64,000 nt of DNA from contig CT868429.1 in assembly GCA_000165425.1 (NCBI GenBank), positions 447,337 through 511,336 of the forward strand, in the 5' to 3' direction. Within the stretch, counting starts at the first letter, position 1. Each line of letters begins with the position of its first letter. The position numbers were made by a program, and so were the translations under genes. Origin of the DNA: Paramecium tetraurelia (Eukaryota). This document shows positions 1-12,452 of the stretch, piece after piece. The notes under the pieces were generated by a model. That model was not told where the DNA came from. It saw nothing but the letters and a program-made list of their open reading frames with translations, and did not search any database.

Positions 1-401
1 TAATTTTAATGAACATTCTAATAATAGAGGTATAATGACTAATTAACAAATTTCAAAAAAAATGGATGCATAATGATTTTATATTTGAAGGAACTATTCA
101 TATAAAATAAATATTAAATTTATTAATATAAAAAACTTATATATATTCAAAATTATAAGTAGAAGTGAGGATATATTAAAGATCTTATTAGAGTAGTAAT
201 TTAAATCAAAATGATAACTAAAGTTTGTGATTTATTAACATAACAAACAGTACCATTAAGATTGCATGACTCTTTGGGTACATATAAGTTTTATTGGCCT
301 TATATGCAAAGTAAAAGGCATACAATAAAATCTTAAGCATTTTTTATATTTTAGAGGGATTCTAGAAAGAAAATATTATAATAATTTATTTTTGAATTTT
401 C

Positions 402-1589
402 ATGCAACAAGTGGCTCCAGAAGTGCAAACTATTTTTGAAGAATTACTTAAACCAGTTTTAGAGAGAATTGAAGTTTTAAAAGAAAAAGATCAATCAAAT
501 GAGTTACAAATCAAAAATCTATTTGACCAAATGAGCGAATTGAAAACTATAATAGGAAACCTAAAACCCATTAAGGTGGAAGAAAAGAGTAAGAATAAGT
601 AATATTTAATAGAAGTTGTCAAATAAGATCCTAAAAAGGATAATCAATAAAATAATGGTATTTTGAAATTAGTATATTCCCACCTTAGGATAAGAGGCAA
701 AAAAGATCGACCGACCATCTACTGCTGCAGTTACAAAAAACTCTGTTCCTGTAAAAGGAAAGGATCCAAAAGCTACAACAGCTCCAAAACCTTTAAGTCA
801 GAGCACAATTGTTGAAAAGACAACAGCACCTATTGATATTGAAAAAAGTATTAAAACTTAAACCATCTTTTAATAGACTAACCAAAATCTCCGAAAGAGG
901 GAAATCAAAATAAAACAAAATAATAGTAGCAAACCTAATAATAGCCACCCTAACCTAAACCTAAATCAATTGTCCAACCATAATAAAAATAATTATAACA
1001 TATTAAAGAAACCAAAGAAACTAAAGAAACTAAAGAACAACCAATCAAATAGGCACCTTAATAAAAAGATGAAAAAAAGGTTGAAAAATAACCACCTAAA
1101 CCTAAAACTGCTTAGCCAACCACCTAACCAATTTAAGTCGAAAAAAAGGAGGATAAAAAAGACACTAAAAAGACAGATACAAAAAATACTTAAAAAAATA
1201 ACACTAAATAACCTGAGCAGAAAGTAGCAGAAAAGAAATCTGATGATAAAAAGATTGTAAAGAAAGGGAAATTACTTGAAGAAACTTAACTAAAAAATGA
1301 ACAATAAACTGATGAATAATTTTAACAATAATAACAAAATGTACCTAAGACTTAGGATAACAGTGAATAGAAATAATAAGACGATTAACTATAAAAGTAA
1401 ACAGTTGAATAAGAAGAAATTTAAGAGACTTAAACAGTAGTTCCTGCAATTGAGAATTTCGAAGTCGAAGAATAAGCAGTAAAATAATTATCAGAAGATT
1501 AAGACTAATTGACGTAGAACCAATAAGCCTTAGAAGTCAATGAAAATTAACCAGAAAAACTTGAAAATCAATAATAAGAAGTAGTTTGA
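402..1589 (+). CDS. Hypothetical K/E/Q/P-rich low-complexity protein with N-terminal coiled coil
   Basis: ATG 402 (MQQVAPEVQTIFEELLKPVLERIEVLKEKDQ...). Open in code 6 with short GT..AG introns (e.g. gtaagaataagtaatatttaatag). Ends ...QQEVV-TGA at 1587-1589. Confidence 0.7.
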
Positions 1590-1684
1590 TGTTAATTGAA
1601 TATTTGCATTAATATTTTAGGCCAATATTCTAATTCTTATATATAAATTTCTTCTTGATTTCATTAAAATGTATTATAAATGAA

Positions 1685-3335
1685 TCATCTTCTCTTAAGT
1701 CGTCCTAAAAATGTTAAACCATAATTTTTGAGAAATTCATAACTTTATGTGTTTTAAATATAATTTTGATCAATTTTAAAATAATATGATAGTGTATCGT
1801 ATAAATTTCTAATTTGCTATGTTTATCTAGTGTAATTTTATTGATTAGTTTAACGATTTTATCTCCGTTACTATTATTAGAACTGCTATTATTCTTACAC
1901 AATCTATTATTCTTACTCAAACTATTATTATTACTCAAACTATTATTATTACACAGGATATTAGTATTATACCGGTTGCCTATATATTTCTTATTGAGTT
2001 TAAAGTAATTCATTTTATTGAGTCTCTATGCATCTACATTCCATTCCCTTTATCCATTATTTACCACATGCATAACAAAATTCATGTCCACAAGGACAAG
2101 ATATATGATTGCACCCATACATTTTCTCTATCCATCTGTTACACATTGAGCATTACTTATAACTTTATTCCCGAGCTAAGCCAACAAAACTTTATTCTCC
2201 ACAAACTCCATCATGAAATTGCCTCTTGCATCTTGTACAAAATATTTATTGGCATATCATGCATACCTGTATTGGTCCTTCTATTTCATAAATTCCTTAA
2301 CAGTTTTAAGTTGGACATTGAAAAATGTTTGGATGTGAAATCAAATATTAATTGAAAGCAAATTTGTCCAATTTATCCATAGTTTACTTTGTTGTTATTT
2401 ATTCTAAATCATCTCTTAATATTTCTAATCTACATTCTACATTAGGACATCTTATTGGTAAATCAACTTACGCTTCGATTAAATTATTTAAACACTATTT
2501 ATGATATATATGCTAGCAAGCAGTAAGAATATATTAGTTTGATTATATATTTTCTAAACAAATAGTACATTTTGCTTTTTACATAATTTAGCTTCTCTAA
2601 CTTTTCGATTGAAAAAAAATTGATTTGGACTATTCTTATTTTCTAAACTCATTATATTACTGTTGCTAAATTTGTTTCGATTATTCTATTGACAATTTGC
2701 AGATTTCTTCCATTTTAAGAATAGGAGGAACTTTAACTAAATTTAAATTATTTAAAGTATGAGTATCAATCAGATTATGATTCAAAATATAATCTTGCTA
2801 TTCAGCATTATTCTGCCTCTCATTTTATTGAAATTAGTTAAGATTTTCTATTTCAGTTATTATGATTTTTTATTTATTATTTTTTTTTTCATCTCCCTTC
2901 TTTTGCTATATAGTGTAGCTCTCATAATCTAATTTTTTATTTTTGGTTATTAGTGTTGCATAGTCATTTGAAGTTCCATTTTATATGTCAATCTATGAAT
3001 TCTTGATTTCCTAAAGCCCAGAATTAAATTCTATAAACAAATCATCAATTAGGGCATCTATATTTTTGGTTCCATTAATATATTTATCATAATCTAATTA
3101 TAATCCTTCTAATGTTTTCTTATTATTTTTGTATTCCTGATTATTGGAACAAATAAGGGAATATGATTTTCTAATAATTTTTGAATCATTGTTAGAAGCT
3201 CCTGCTTAGTAACATAAAAATGCCACATCGAGTAATTAGCATTTATGCTATTTATGTCTAAAATCTTACATCAATATCTAGTAAACTTTCTATGCGGGTA
3301 ATATACTCTTAAAAATCAAAATGCTGTTTTTTCAT
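1685..3335 (-). CDS. RBR (RING1-IBR-RING2) E3 ubiquitin ligase
   Basis: Code-6 translation gives RING1 KCTICLENIQSNQYILTACQHIYHKQC...RCPNVEC, an IBR (..FCTRCKRQFHDGVC) and RING2 KQCSMCNRWIEKMYGCNHISCPCGHEFCYACGKQW with the catalytic Cys. Q-rich tail, ends GRLKRR-TGA. Confidence 0.85.
1880..1960 (-). repeat. Imperfect 18-nt tandem repeat encoding QQQQFE/QEQQIV units
   Basis: Minus strand reads taa taa taa tag ttt gag taa taa taa tag ttt gag taa gaa taa tag att gtg, inside the RBR C-terminus. Confidence 0.7.
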
Positions 3336-3369
3336 ATGATTTAATATATATTATAGATATATAATTTAC

Positions 3370-4527
3370 TCAACAAGCCATATTGCTGGTTTACAATTTA
3401 AATAGAGATTTGCCAACTTATATTTCGAGTTCTTAATAAATTTACAAATCTTCTTTTATTTAGACAAGAGTGCCAAATTTTGAATTGTTATCATACAAAA
3501 ATAGAGAACTTTATTATTGCACCTTCTCTACTTATAAAGTTGCATGGAACCTGCTAACACTGGCTTCACACAATTTAACCCAATTTTCTTTGGCTCTTCC
3601 TAAACTCATCTTTTCTCCTAAATTAATAACAATCACTCCATCAGATTTTGAAGTGAATCGATCTCCTAAATTACTCTGCTTAACTTGGGTTTCCTTCTTT
3701 TTTTAATAAAACTCTAACATCACATATGGAAATTTAGGTTTCAAAAGGTCCAGCATATGATATGTTACTCCATCACTCTAAAATATTACCTTATATGGCT
3801 CCTAACAGATTTCACATTTTAATAAATTCCAAAGATATGTTTCACTTTTCTCAGAAGATCTTGATGCTGATGTAAGTTCTTTGAGCCTAAGTCTTATTCA
3901 AGTATACCATCTTTTCATGCATTCTAAATGAATATACTTTAGAGATCCACTACATTTGCATGGATTCAATAAGGGATTCGAACTTTAAGTATTTCCTAGA
4001 CATATTCGGCATTATTCATTAGAATCTGCCTTACTCCGACTAGAAAGTTCATTTTCATTTTGAGAATTAAAACTAAGACTTGAAATTCTAAAAGTCATTT
4101 TTCCAAGCCTAAAAATGTCATTTACGTTTAATGGATATTTGTTTACAGATCTTACTGTCAACCAATTTTTTTTTAGTTTGAATGGAAATTTAGTATTTGT
4201 CAAGGCTGTCGAATTTCCTTATTGTTACTATATTCCAGCAACAACCGAATTTTAAGCTGTTATATACAGTAAAACTTCACTATGTATAAATGATCTTTGT
4301 TACCTATTTTCCTTTGGTATTTCATGTATTAATTCTAGTGTCTCCTTTTTACTAATGATATATGAATCTTAATGTTGAATTGTAAATTATTGTTTCTAAT
4401 TGTCAATACTCTCATAATCAAAGAGATCGCTAGTCTCATTATTCCAAGTATGACAATATATTGAAATCCTGAAATCAATCATATAAACTACAAATTACCT
4501 TTCATTTTGCATTTAACATTAACCCAT
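3370..4527 (-). CDS. RING-variant (C4HC3, MARCH-type) plus FHA domain protein
   Basis: Starts MGQC (possible dual acylation). RINGv [35 protein letters not shown]...CEICQ. FHA SLGRAKENWVKLCEASVSRFHATL...DNNSKFGTLV. Ends SNMAC-TGA. Confidence 0.88.
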
Positions 4528-5462
4528 TCCAATATATTATTATATTTTTTAATATAAATCAAAAATCAGAATCGATAATCTCAATCTTCTCGACTACCTA
4601 TTCACAACTTTTTAACCAAAAATTCTTCTTTGTTTCCTTAAATCATTCATAATTATTTTAATATTTTTCTTAAAAATTCAAATTATTTCTCTTCTCTTTT
4701 ATTCTCATTATTTTTAATAAATATTGAATATTCCTTTCTTCATTAATTATTCATTAAATTATAATGGAATTTTATTCATAAGAACATATATATACTAATT
4801 CTTTCTCTATCTCTTAATAAATAAAGGAATTTATTTTTTTTAAGTAATTATAACAGCATTCCTTTCTTAAAGTATTTCCTTTTTCATTCTCTTATATAAT
4901 TAATCTCGAACCTTATTTCTCTATCAAGTAGATTTCAATCTTTGTAACTACACTTTACAATAAAATAACTATAAATTTCTCTGCCATATCCAAGAGCTTT
5001 TAATTCTTTTAGTTTAAACATTTTCCATTCCAATTCAACAATTATAATTTTCCGAAAATTCTCTTCTAAACATTAAATATTTTTTAATTTGTTAATTGTA
5101 AAATATAATAATATTCCCTAACACTCTACATAAAGATACTCTTTATTTTGTATAAATAATCAAAGGAATTTATGATTTGATTTCAATAATCTAAGCTATG
5201 CAAAACGAAGCTTGATCTATTATGTGTATATAAAGTTATTTATCCTGTAATTATGTAAAAGGGTTTCACTGAATAAATATACATATACTTAAACTTGATC
5301 ATTGGATAAGTTTAATGATTAAAATTTATTTGCTATTTTCATAAATTCTAATCTCATCTTTAATTTTAATCAATAATTTTCTAATCATTAAAATCCTCTA
5401 TTTGTTATTTTCTTTTTAAATATCTGTATTGAAAAAAATTAAAAATGAAAAATAAAATTTTA

Positions 5463-5578
5463 CCCAATTCGTCGTTTACTCTCGCGAATTACAGTTAACC
5501 AGTAATTGCCAAAGTTGGGAAAATTATAAAGGAGATATTTTATTTGATGAGGCATCAAATTTATCTTCTTTGACATAA
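5463..5578 (+). ncRNA. Candidate box H/ACA snoRNA
   Basis: Hairpin 1 closed by cccaatt(5463-5469)/agttggg(5513-5519). H box AAATTA at 5521-5526. Hairpin 2 aaaggagata/tatcttcttt with inner stem atttgatg/catcaaat. ACA at 5573-5575 followed by 3 nt. Length 116 nt. Folded by eye; no target identified. Confidence 0.42.
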
Positions 5579-5597
5579 TATTTAATTTAACTTATAA

Positions 5598-7670
5598 ATG
5601 AATCCTAATGATGAACAGTAGAGATTATACTAAATGTTCTCATAAATGGCAGGACCTGATCCATATGGTAGGATGCTCCAAGTACCAAATTCTCCTTATT
5701 ATCCTTGCTGGGGACCCCCTTTTCCTTAACCAATGATGGCACCACCTTAAAATCAAAAATATCAATTTCCTGAATAGTTCGTCCATGACTAGGCTCTTTA
5801 AATGAATCAAATTCCACCCAATTAAAGTGGATTAAATATGAATGGTATTCCATAAGGTATGCAAAATATGCCACCAATGCCTATGGGCTTACCTCCAGGT
5901 TTTGCTATGCCTCCTATGGGCCCTGGATAAATGCCACCAGGACCTATGGGAGCTGGGCCAATGGGACCTCCTCCAATGGGTGGAATGGGAGCGATGGGAG
6001 CTATGGGAGGTATGAGTGCAATGGGACCAGGCGGAATGTAATTACCTGGAATGGGACCTATGCCATAAGGACCTCTAGGTTAAATGCCTCCTCCATTTGA
6101 TTTTTAATTTAAATAGCAGCCTCCAATGCAACCATAAATGAATCAAAATTAATTAATGCCTCCCCAACAACCATCAATTTAATAACAACATTAACCTTAA
6201 TAATAACACTAACCATAATAGCAACAATAATAATAATAATAAACTCCATAATAATAACCTTTATAACAATCTTCTGCATAATCAGCCTAAAATAATAATA
6301 ATGCACATTTGGAATAAGGTAAATTATTAAGCATAAAATAGGATTTTCACAAGTGGTCAATGAGTTTTAACTTAAAATTTTAAATATGTTTGTGTAGTAA
6401 AATCAGATGCTATTGGATTTCAAGAATAAGAATGCGAACTTGGAAAATACTATTACATCCATATTAGATGAAATAACAAATCTGCAAAAAATAGTGGAAT
6501 AAAAATTTGATAACGGCCAAGCGGACGACTTTTTGAGTAGATGTAAAAATAAATATTTATTCTTTAGAGTCAATACCAAACTAAGAAATGACATAAAACA
6601 ATATTTTATTGAAGTCTTTATAATATAATTAGAATGATTTCCAATATTAATTGGTGTTGACTAATGATTTAGAATAACCATTATTCAAAGACAAGAATTT
6701 TAATTTGGATATTGCTCTCAAAGATATGAAAGGGATCAACATTAAAAATCATAATAAAATAGAATTAGAAGTTCAATTATTTTCATCAGATGATAAACCT
6801 GTGCTTCTAATTTAAAATTCTTAAAACCAATAAATTTTAAGATAGCCAGAAGATAATATTTGGTTGGAAGAGGGAATCTCAAATATTGAAAAACTATAGA
6901 TAAATGAAGTGACATCTCATTATTAGAACGGCTGGATATATTTAATTGTTTATCCAATAAAAAATGATGCCAAAATTGCATAAGGTGAGATTAATCCAGC
7001 TTAAATCAAACCATTGATTTATAAGGTCAGTGTAAAATCAAAGAAAACTTAGAAAAAGTATTTTTTATTTTTGATTAGGTCATCGCGTTCAAGATCGAGA
7101 TCTCACGAAAGGTTACGTAGACTTGAAAAATTAGACAACAAGTCAAGTTCAGAATCTGAAAATCACATTTAATTAGAAATCAAGAACCTTGACGCTAATG
7201 TTGAAATGTAATAAGAAAAAGAGAATGAAAATAATGATAAATAACAAGGGCAATTAGAATAAGAATAAGAATAGTAATAAGAATAATAAGAATAATTATA
7301 ATAGCAACAACAATATGAATAATAATAATAAAAATAAGAACATGAATAATAATAATTATTATTATAATAATAACAATAGTAACAGTAATATGAATAATAA
7401 TAAAATGAATAGTAATAATAACAATAATAGCAATAATAATAATAATAACAATAACAATGTGAATAAGAAAAATTAGAATAATAATAAGAATAGGAATAAG
7501 AATAATAATAAGCATAGGAATTATAATAACAATAATAATAGTAATAATAACAATAATAATAATAATAATAACAAGAATAAGAATAATAATAGCAATAAGA
7601 ATAACAAGTTTAATAAGAATAATCAAAAGAAAAAGATGAGGTACATTAGAATAATGAATCTGAACTGTGA
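5598..7670 (+). CDS. Low-complexity (P/M/G/Q-rich N-terminus, E/Q-rich C-terminus) protein with central globular domain; candidate transcription factor
   Basis: ATG 5598 MNPNDEQQRLYQMFSQMAGPDPY..., then GPMGAGPMGPPPMGG repeats, polyQ and a coiled segment. Globular core ...EKLQINEVTSHYQNGWIYLIVYP...IKPLIYKVSVKSKK. Ends NESEL-TGA. Confidence 0.8.
7250..7620 (+). repeat. Coding E/Q microsatellite (TAA/TAG/CAA/GAA codons)
   Basis: gaa taa gaa taa gaa tag taa taa gaa..., in frame within the 5598-7670 gene. The antisense poly-Ile ORF 7195-7626 in the track is its shadow. Confidence 0.85.
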
Positions 7671-7708
7671 GATTTGTAATGTATTTGTGATACTTATTTA
7701 TAAATAAA

Positions 7709-8386
7709 TCATTTTAGTCTCCATGTTTCTTTGATTAATGCTATAAAATTATCATCTAATTCAATATCAGCACTAACTGCAGCATAATATTCTTTCCATT
7801 CCTATGTTTGATATTTTATTAATACATTTAAAGTTATATGACCAGACTTATTTCCCTCCTTAAAATACTATAATAACTCAATAAAAGCTTAATCTTCAGT
7901 CAGTTCTCCTCTTGTAACTTTAGGATGATTTTTTGCATTGAATATTCCCTTGAAATCATCTGCCACAATATAACCCAAGTTATCTTTATCGAATTTTTTG
8001 AATGCCTAGACTATTACTTGTAGTCTGTTTTCATTTGGAGATCCCTATTTATCAATTTATTTTTACTCTTATTAAATAAAAAAATTCAGCAATATCTATT
8101 GACCCATCTCTGTTCCTATCAAGATAATTTAACAAAAACTAAAATGTAAATAAGAATTACGTCAGTTTAAAATTTTGTTAAGACTACTCCATTTTGCTTT
8201 AAACCAATTAGGAATTCATCTTTATCAATTTTATTATTTTAATCAAATGACTCAAAACCTCTGAATGTTTTTCCTAAAGTTCTAATGGTTGTTTAAGATT
8301 TTCCTAATAAGGATTTTGTTATCTTTTTAATAACTTATTATGGTAAACAGCTTACTTATATCAAGTTATTCTTGAGGAGTTATCAT
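7709..8386 (-). CDS. Calcyphosin-like EF-hand protein
   Basis: TIRTLGKTFRGFESFDQNNKIDKDEF, LDRNRDGSIDIAEF, AFKKFDKDNLGYIVADDFKGIFNAKNHPKV...EWKEYYAAVSADIELDDNFIALIKETWRLK-TGA. Several tiny introns. Confidence 0.88.
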
Positions 8387-8870
8387 TTTATAATTTATTT
8401 GTTTTATTTATAATATTAATTATTCTTTCCTCCGCCATCATCTTATTTAGGATATTAAATGCTATCAAACTGAAAATGCTGAATTTGTATATATTGTAAA
8501 ATTAGTTAAATTAAGTTTAACATTTCTTTAAAATAGAGATGAGATTATCTCATAAAAGTTCCCAAAAAGTGAGAAAATTAAATTCAATTATTTTGAAAGG
8601 ATCTTTTGTGAGAACTTCAATTAACTCTATCATCACTGTGTATTTCGAAGTTATTGTGTTTATTATTATTTATGAAAGACATATTATAAGACTTTCTTAT
8701 TTAATGAGTTAGGATTGATTTATGATTATTGATCTATCTTTCTAAATCAATAGTATATAATTTTTAAGGCATGTATACTTTTTTATTTTATTAAGAATAC
8801 ATAATGGAATAGAATCATATTAAAATATATGAAAACAAAAATGAAAAAATAATAATAAAATTAATTCAAA

Positions 8871-11800
8871 TCAAAATTCAGTAGACTAAGTATACAATTA
8901 ATCTAGGATGTTAGAATATCCAATTGATCTTTGGGAATTTGTGTGAGATCGAGTAGATTTTTATGATTTGTTCTTTGATCCTAGCACTCTACGTTTGGTC
9001 TCACCTCTATTCAGCAGTTCTTCAAATTCCTATAAAATTTATTTGTTTTCTTAATTTAATCCGCATTTCATTAACTAATCGTAAAATTTAAATATACCTT
9101 TTAGATTATAACTTAGAAATACTCTTTGATCTAAGGATTTTCTAATCTTTCTTGGTAATATGGATAACATTCATAAAATTTTCTTGCTAATGATTCTTTC
9201 ATTTAAAGTTTGGACAAAGTAAAAACTATATTATAAACTTCAAAGTCGTTAATATTCTCTTTTAATCTTCTCAACAGCTTTTCAACTAATTATTCATTCT
9301 ATTTATCTAAGTATTTCAAAGTATTAATAAGAAATGTTTTGTATTTTTCATGACTCTCCTAATTTGACATACTAAATATGATATCCGGTAAACTATTTAA
9401 GATTCTTCTTGAATCCTTCTTTTATAATTAGAAAAAGAATCTTTTTGCGGATTATTAAATATTTTCATCAGGATCTGTTAATAAGATGGCTATGTCAGTA
9501 ATTTCTCGTTTGATTTTAATCATATCATTTAATATTAAATGAGATAGCATATTTAAAGATGTTTATTTGACAATAAAGTCTTAATTGCTTAATCCATCAA
9601 AGAGTTACCTACAATATGATGTGACTGTATTAGGCCATCTGTGTAATAGATCTCCTATTGCTACTATTAGATTATTCTTAAAGACACCATCTGAATTAGG
9701 GTTTTAGATTAATCTAAAGACTTTTTCTATATGTTCTTCACAAAATTATTCAGATAAGCACATAAATTTGCACAGACAAAGACCAGCAGATTTATGTAGT
9801 ATTGTCAATTATACATTTTCCTCTTCTATTTCTGCTAATATGTCGAGGACTAATGGAGCATAATTTTAGTAAAATCCTTTTTAGATAACATCTTTAAATA
9901 TTTATAAAAATATACTGTATTTGCATAAATTCTACAGATAAACACAATTGTATTCGTACTCTTCTTCACAACCTCCTTATATTTTATCCAATTCATTTTC
10001 TTTGGCTTCCTCTACATTTCTTAGATGTGTTAATTGATTCTCAATCTCATCAATATGAAGAATTATAGCAAGAGCAGACTGGCCAACAATAAATAATAGT
10101 TAACTGAGTTGTAAGCATTAATTATTAAAAACTAAAGTTGATTCCTCTTCTAGAAAGTCTTAAGCACTATTAAATTAAGAATCAGATTTACTTTTTATAA
10201 GGTGTCATTCCTATAGCAAAGGTTTTGAAGCTGAATTTTTTAATTATGTAATCATAGATACTTTCTGGGACAGGTAAAAATTGAACCAAATTTAAAATCT
10301 CTTAACAGGCTACAAACCATAAATTATTTGGTGTTCCAAAATAAAAATATAAAATTGATGAGAATTATTAAAAGTATTTTTTAACAATTATTTTATCTTC
10401 CAAAAAATAGATTAATTTTGCTAACTCAATTACAGTAACCCAATTAATTTCTTTTTTTTATCCATCAATTATTTTGCTAATTTAATCTAATTTCATCCTA
10501 GTTAAAAGATTGGATTGTTAACCAAAAGTAATTCTAACAAGTTTAGAATATTAATTTAATTGATCATGTTAATTTGTAGAATAAGTTCTCATAAAATGGG
10601 TCCATATCATTTCAATAGTAGATTCAGGTATCATTTTCTATTTGATCATGTATCTAATAAGTTCTTCAAGATAGATCTGCTCTTTGGGTGATGAAATTTT
10701 CAATAAATGAATTAAATTATTAATAGGAACTTATTCATTATCATTTTCTATGAAGAGTATAAAAAACTTTTTAGCTAATTTATTCACTATTTATTGATTG
10801 TTAGAATGAATTAACATCTTCATAATCCCTACATCCGTGTTTTCTATTTTCTGCTTAAATAAAAAACTAATGAGGGAAATAGCCTTATAGATGTCGGTGA
10901 TGCATTTGCTATTTAATAATAATTCTATGTTGGGCAATAGCTTTTATAAAAGCTCCATGAATTCTTGATATTAAATGAAAACTGATTGTAATTTTTTCTT
11001 TTCTCTCAAATTAGAGACAACTAGGTTTTCTTCGTCTTCCAATTCCTTGAATTCTGCCTCGCTTTATGCATTGGCCTTATCTTCTAATATCTAATCGATA
11101 GCTATTAAGGTCTTATGAATTTCGTTTCCTAAATATTCATTTTACTCTTTGATGTCAGCAATTTTCATGAAATTTTACATTTGTAACCCATCAACAAACA
11201 GGTTTTTCATAAATCTAGTGAAATTCTATATATTTTGAAATTGTACTTTGTAATTTATTTAATAAATGCCAAAGCAGCCTTTCTGACCATTGAAGAAACA
11301 TCTTAAACTCTTGCTATTACCAATGGAAACATCATAAGTTAAACATTAGGAGGAATTAGATTCTATGAGCATACAACTCTTAACATTTTTAAAGTGTGAA
11401 CTCTGGCATAAGCATTTTTATCGATTATTCTAGATGTCAATTTTTATATAAGAAATAGTCTTTGATTTAATTAGCTCTCCTTTAATTCTACATCTTATTC
11501 TACTTTGGATGGATTTAGATGTTCAGTTAGAATATTTGTGATTATCGTATTAATAGCATTTCTAAGACAATAACTCTAATGATAAATTCATAAGTTACTT
11601 CACTATCATAAAATTATATAAAAACTGGTAGATTTTAATTAAATAAATTAGGCTTTTGAGCACTTACTCTTTCAAGTACCTTAGATACTTACTTCAATGA
11701 ATTGCTTTCATTTTATAATATTTCTAAGCTATTTTAGGCTAGAATTGTAATGAATTAAGTAACAAAGGCAGTATTTTCACAAGTGACGAGTAAATCTGAA

Positions 11801-12392
11801 ATTTATTGGTCACAATCTTCTGAATTGAACACAATTTAGATCAACCTATTTTTAATGTAATTATGAAGGTTCTCTTTTCGAATTATTTTCTTAACTTGAT
11901 TTTATAAATATTGTTTAACATCATTCTCTTTGATTTTTGTTTTATAAAATTATAATATTGTTTCTATTCCCATTTAACCATGTTTATCATATAATCCAAA
12001 TGTCAGTAATACTTCTTTTTACAATTAATACAAATAGTCCTTCCTATTCTTATTTTAATCATCTAAAGTTGCCTATAAAAATTTCATCTGCAAAATCTCA
12101 AATTCCAACACATCAAGTCTCTTTAGAATCTCCTTCTCTAAAAACTCCAAGATGTCGTCTTTTTGCAACTAAACTCATAATACTGATAAATACTTATTAC
12201 ACACCATAATATAGGATGGTAAAAGTTTCACTGTCAAATTGCTTATTATGATTAAATTCTTCAACAGCTGATTTCATTTATCTGAGGAGCAGTCTGCTAT
12301 CCTTAGTTTTGAGTGAATTATAAAGAGTTATATCAAACTAAAATATTGGTTCATTATACTTAAATAGAGGGATATTCACTTAGCTCGTTCAT
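8871..12392 (-). CDS. NCAPD2: Condensin complex subunit 1 (CAP-D2/Ycs4/Cnd1 family HEAT protein)
   Basis: Cnd1 signature LCKFMCLSEQFCEEHIEKVF...KNNLIVAIGDLLHRWPNTV...TSLNMLSHLILNDMIKIKREITDIAILLTDPD...AKRFFFQL...ILNSLPDII. Roughly 1140 aa. Confidence 0.9.
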
Positions 12393-12452
12393 AAAACTTT
12401 TTAAATTCAAATAATTTATGCGGCAATTTATTATAAATATATATATAATATA

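Noticed and set aside
5185..5315. Several hairpins (aagct/agctt; atgtgtatat/atatacatat; aaactt/aagttt)
   Set aside because: Mostly AT pairs with no correctly placed H or ACA boxes; expected by chance at this base composition.
5445..5573. Short code-6 ORF MKNKILPNSSFTLANYSQ... upstream of the 5598 gene
   Set aside because: Only 42 codons with no recognisable motif; it overlaps the structured H/ACA-like element, which explains the composition better.
7195..7626. 143-aa poly-Ile 'membrane protein' ORF in the track (likewise poly-Leu 53097-53513 and 1814-2008)
   Set aside because: Antisense shadows of TAA/CAA-rich Gln tracts in real genes on the opposite strand.
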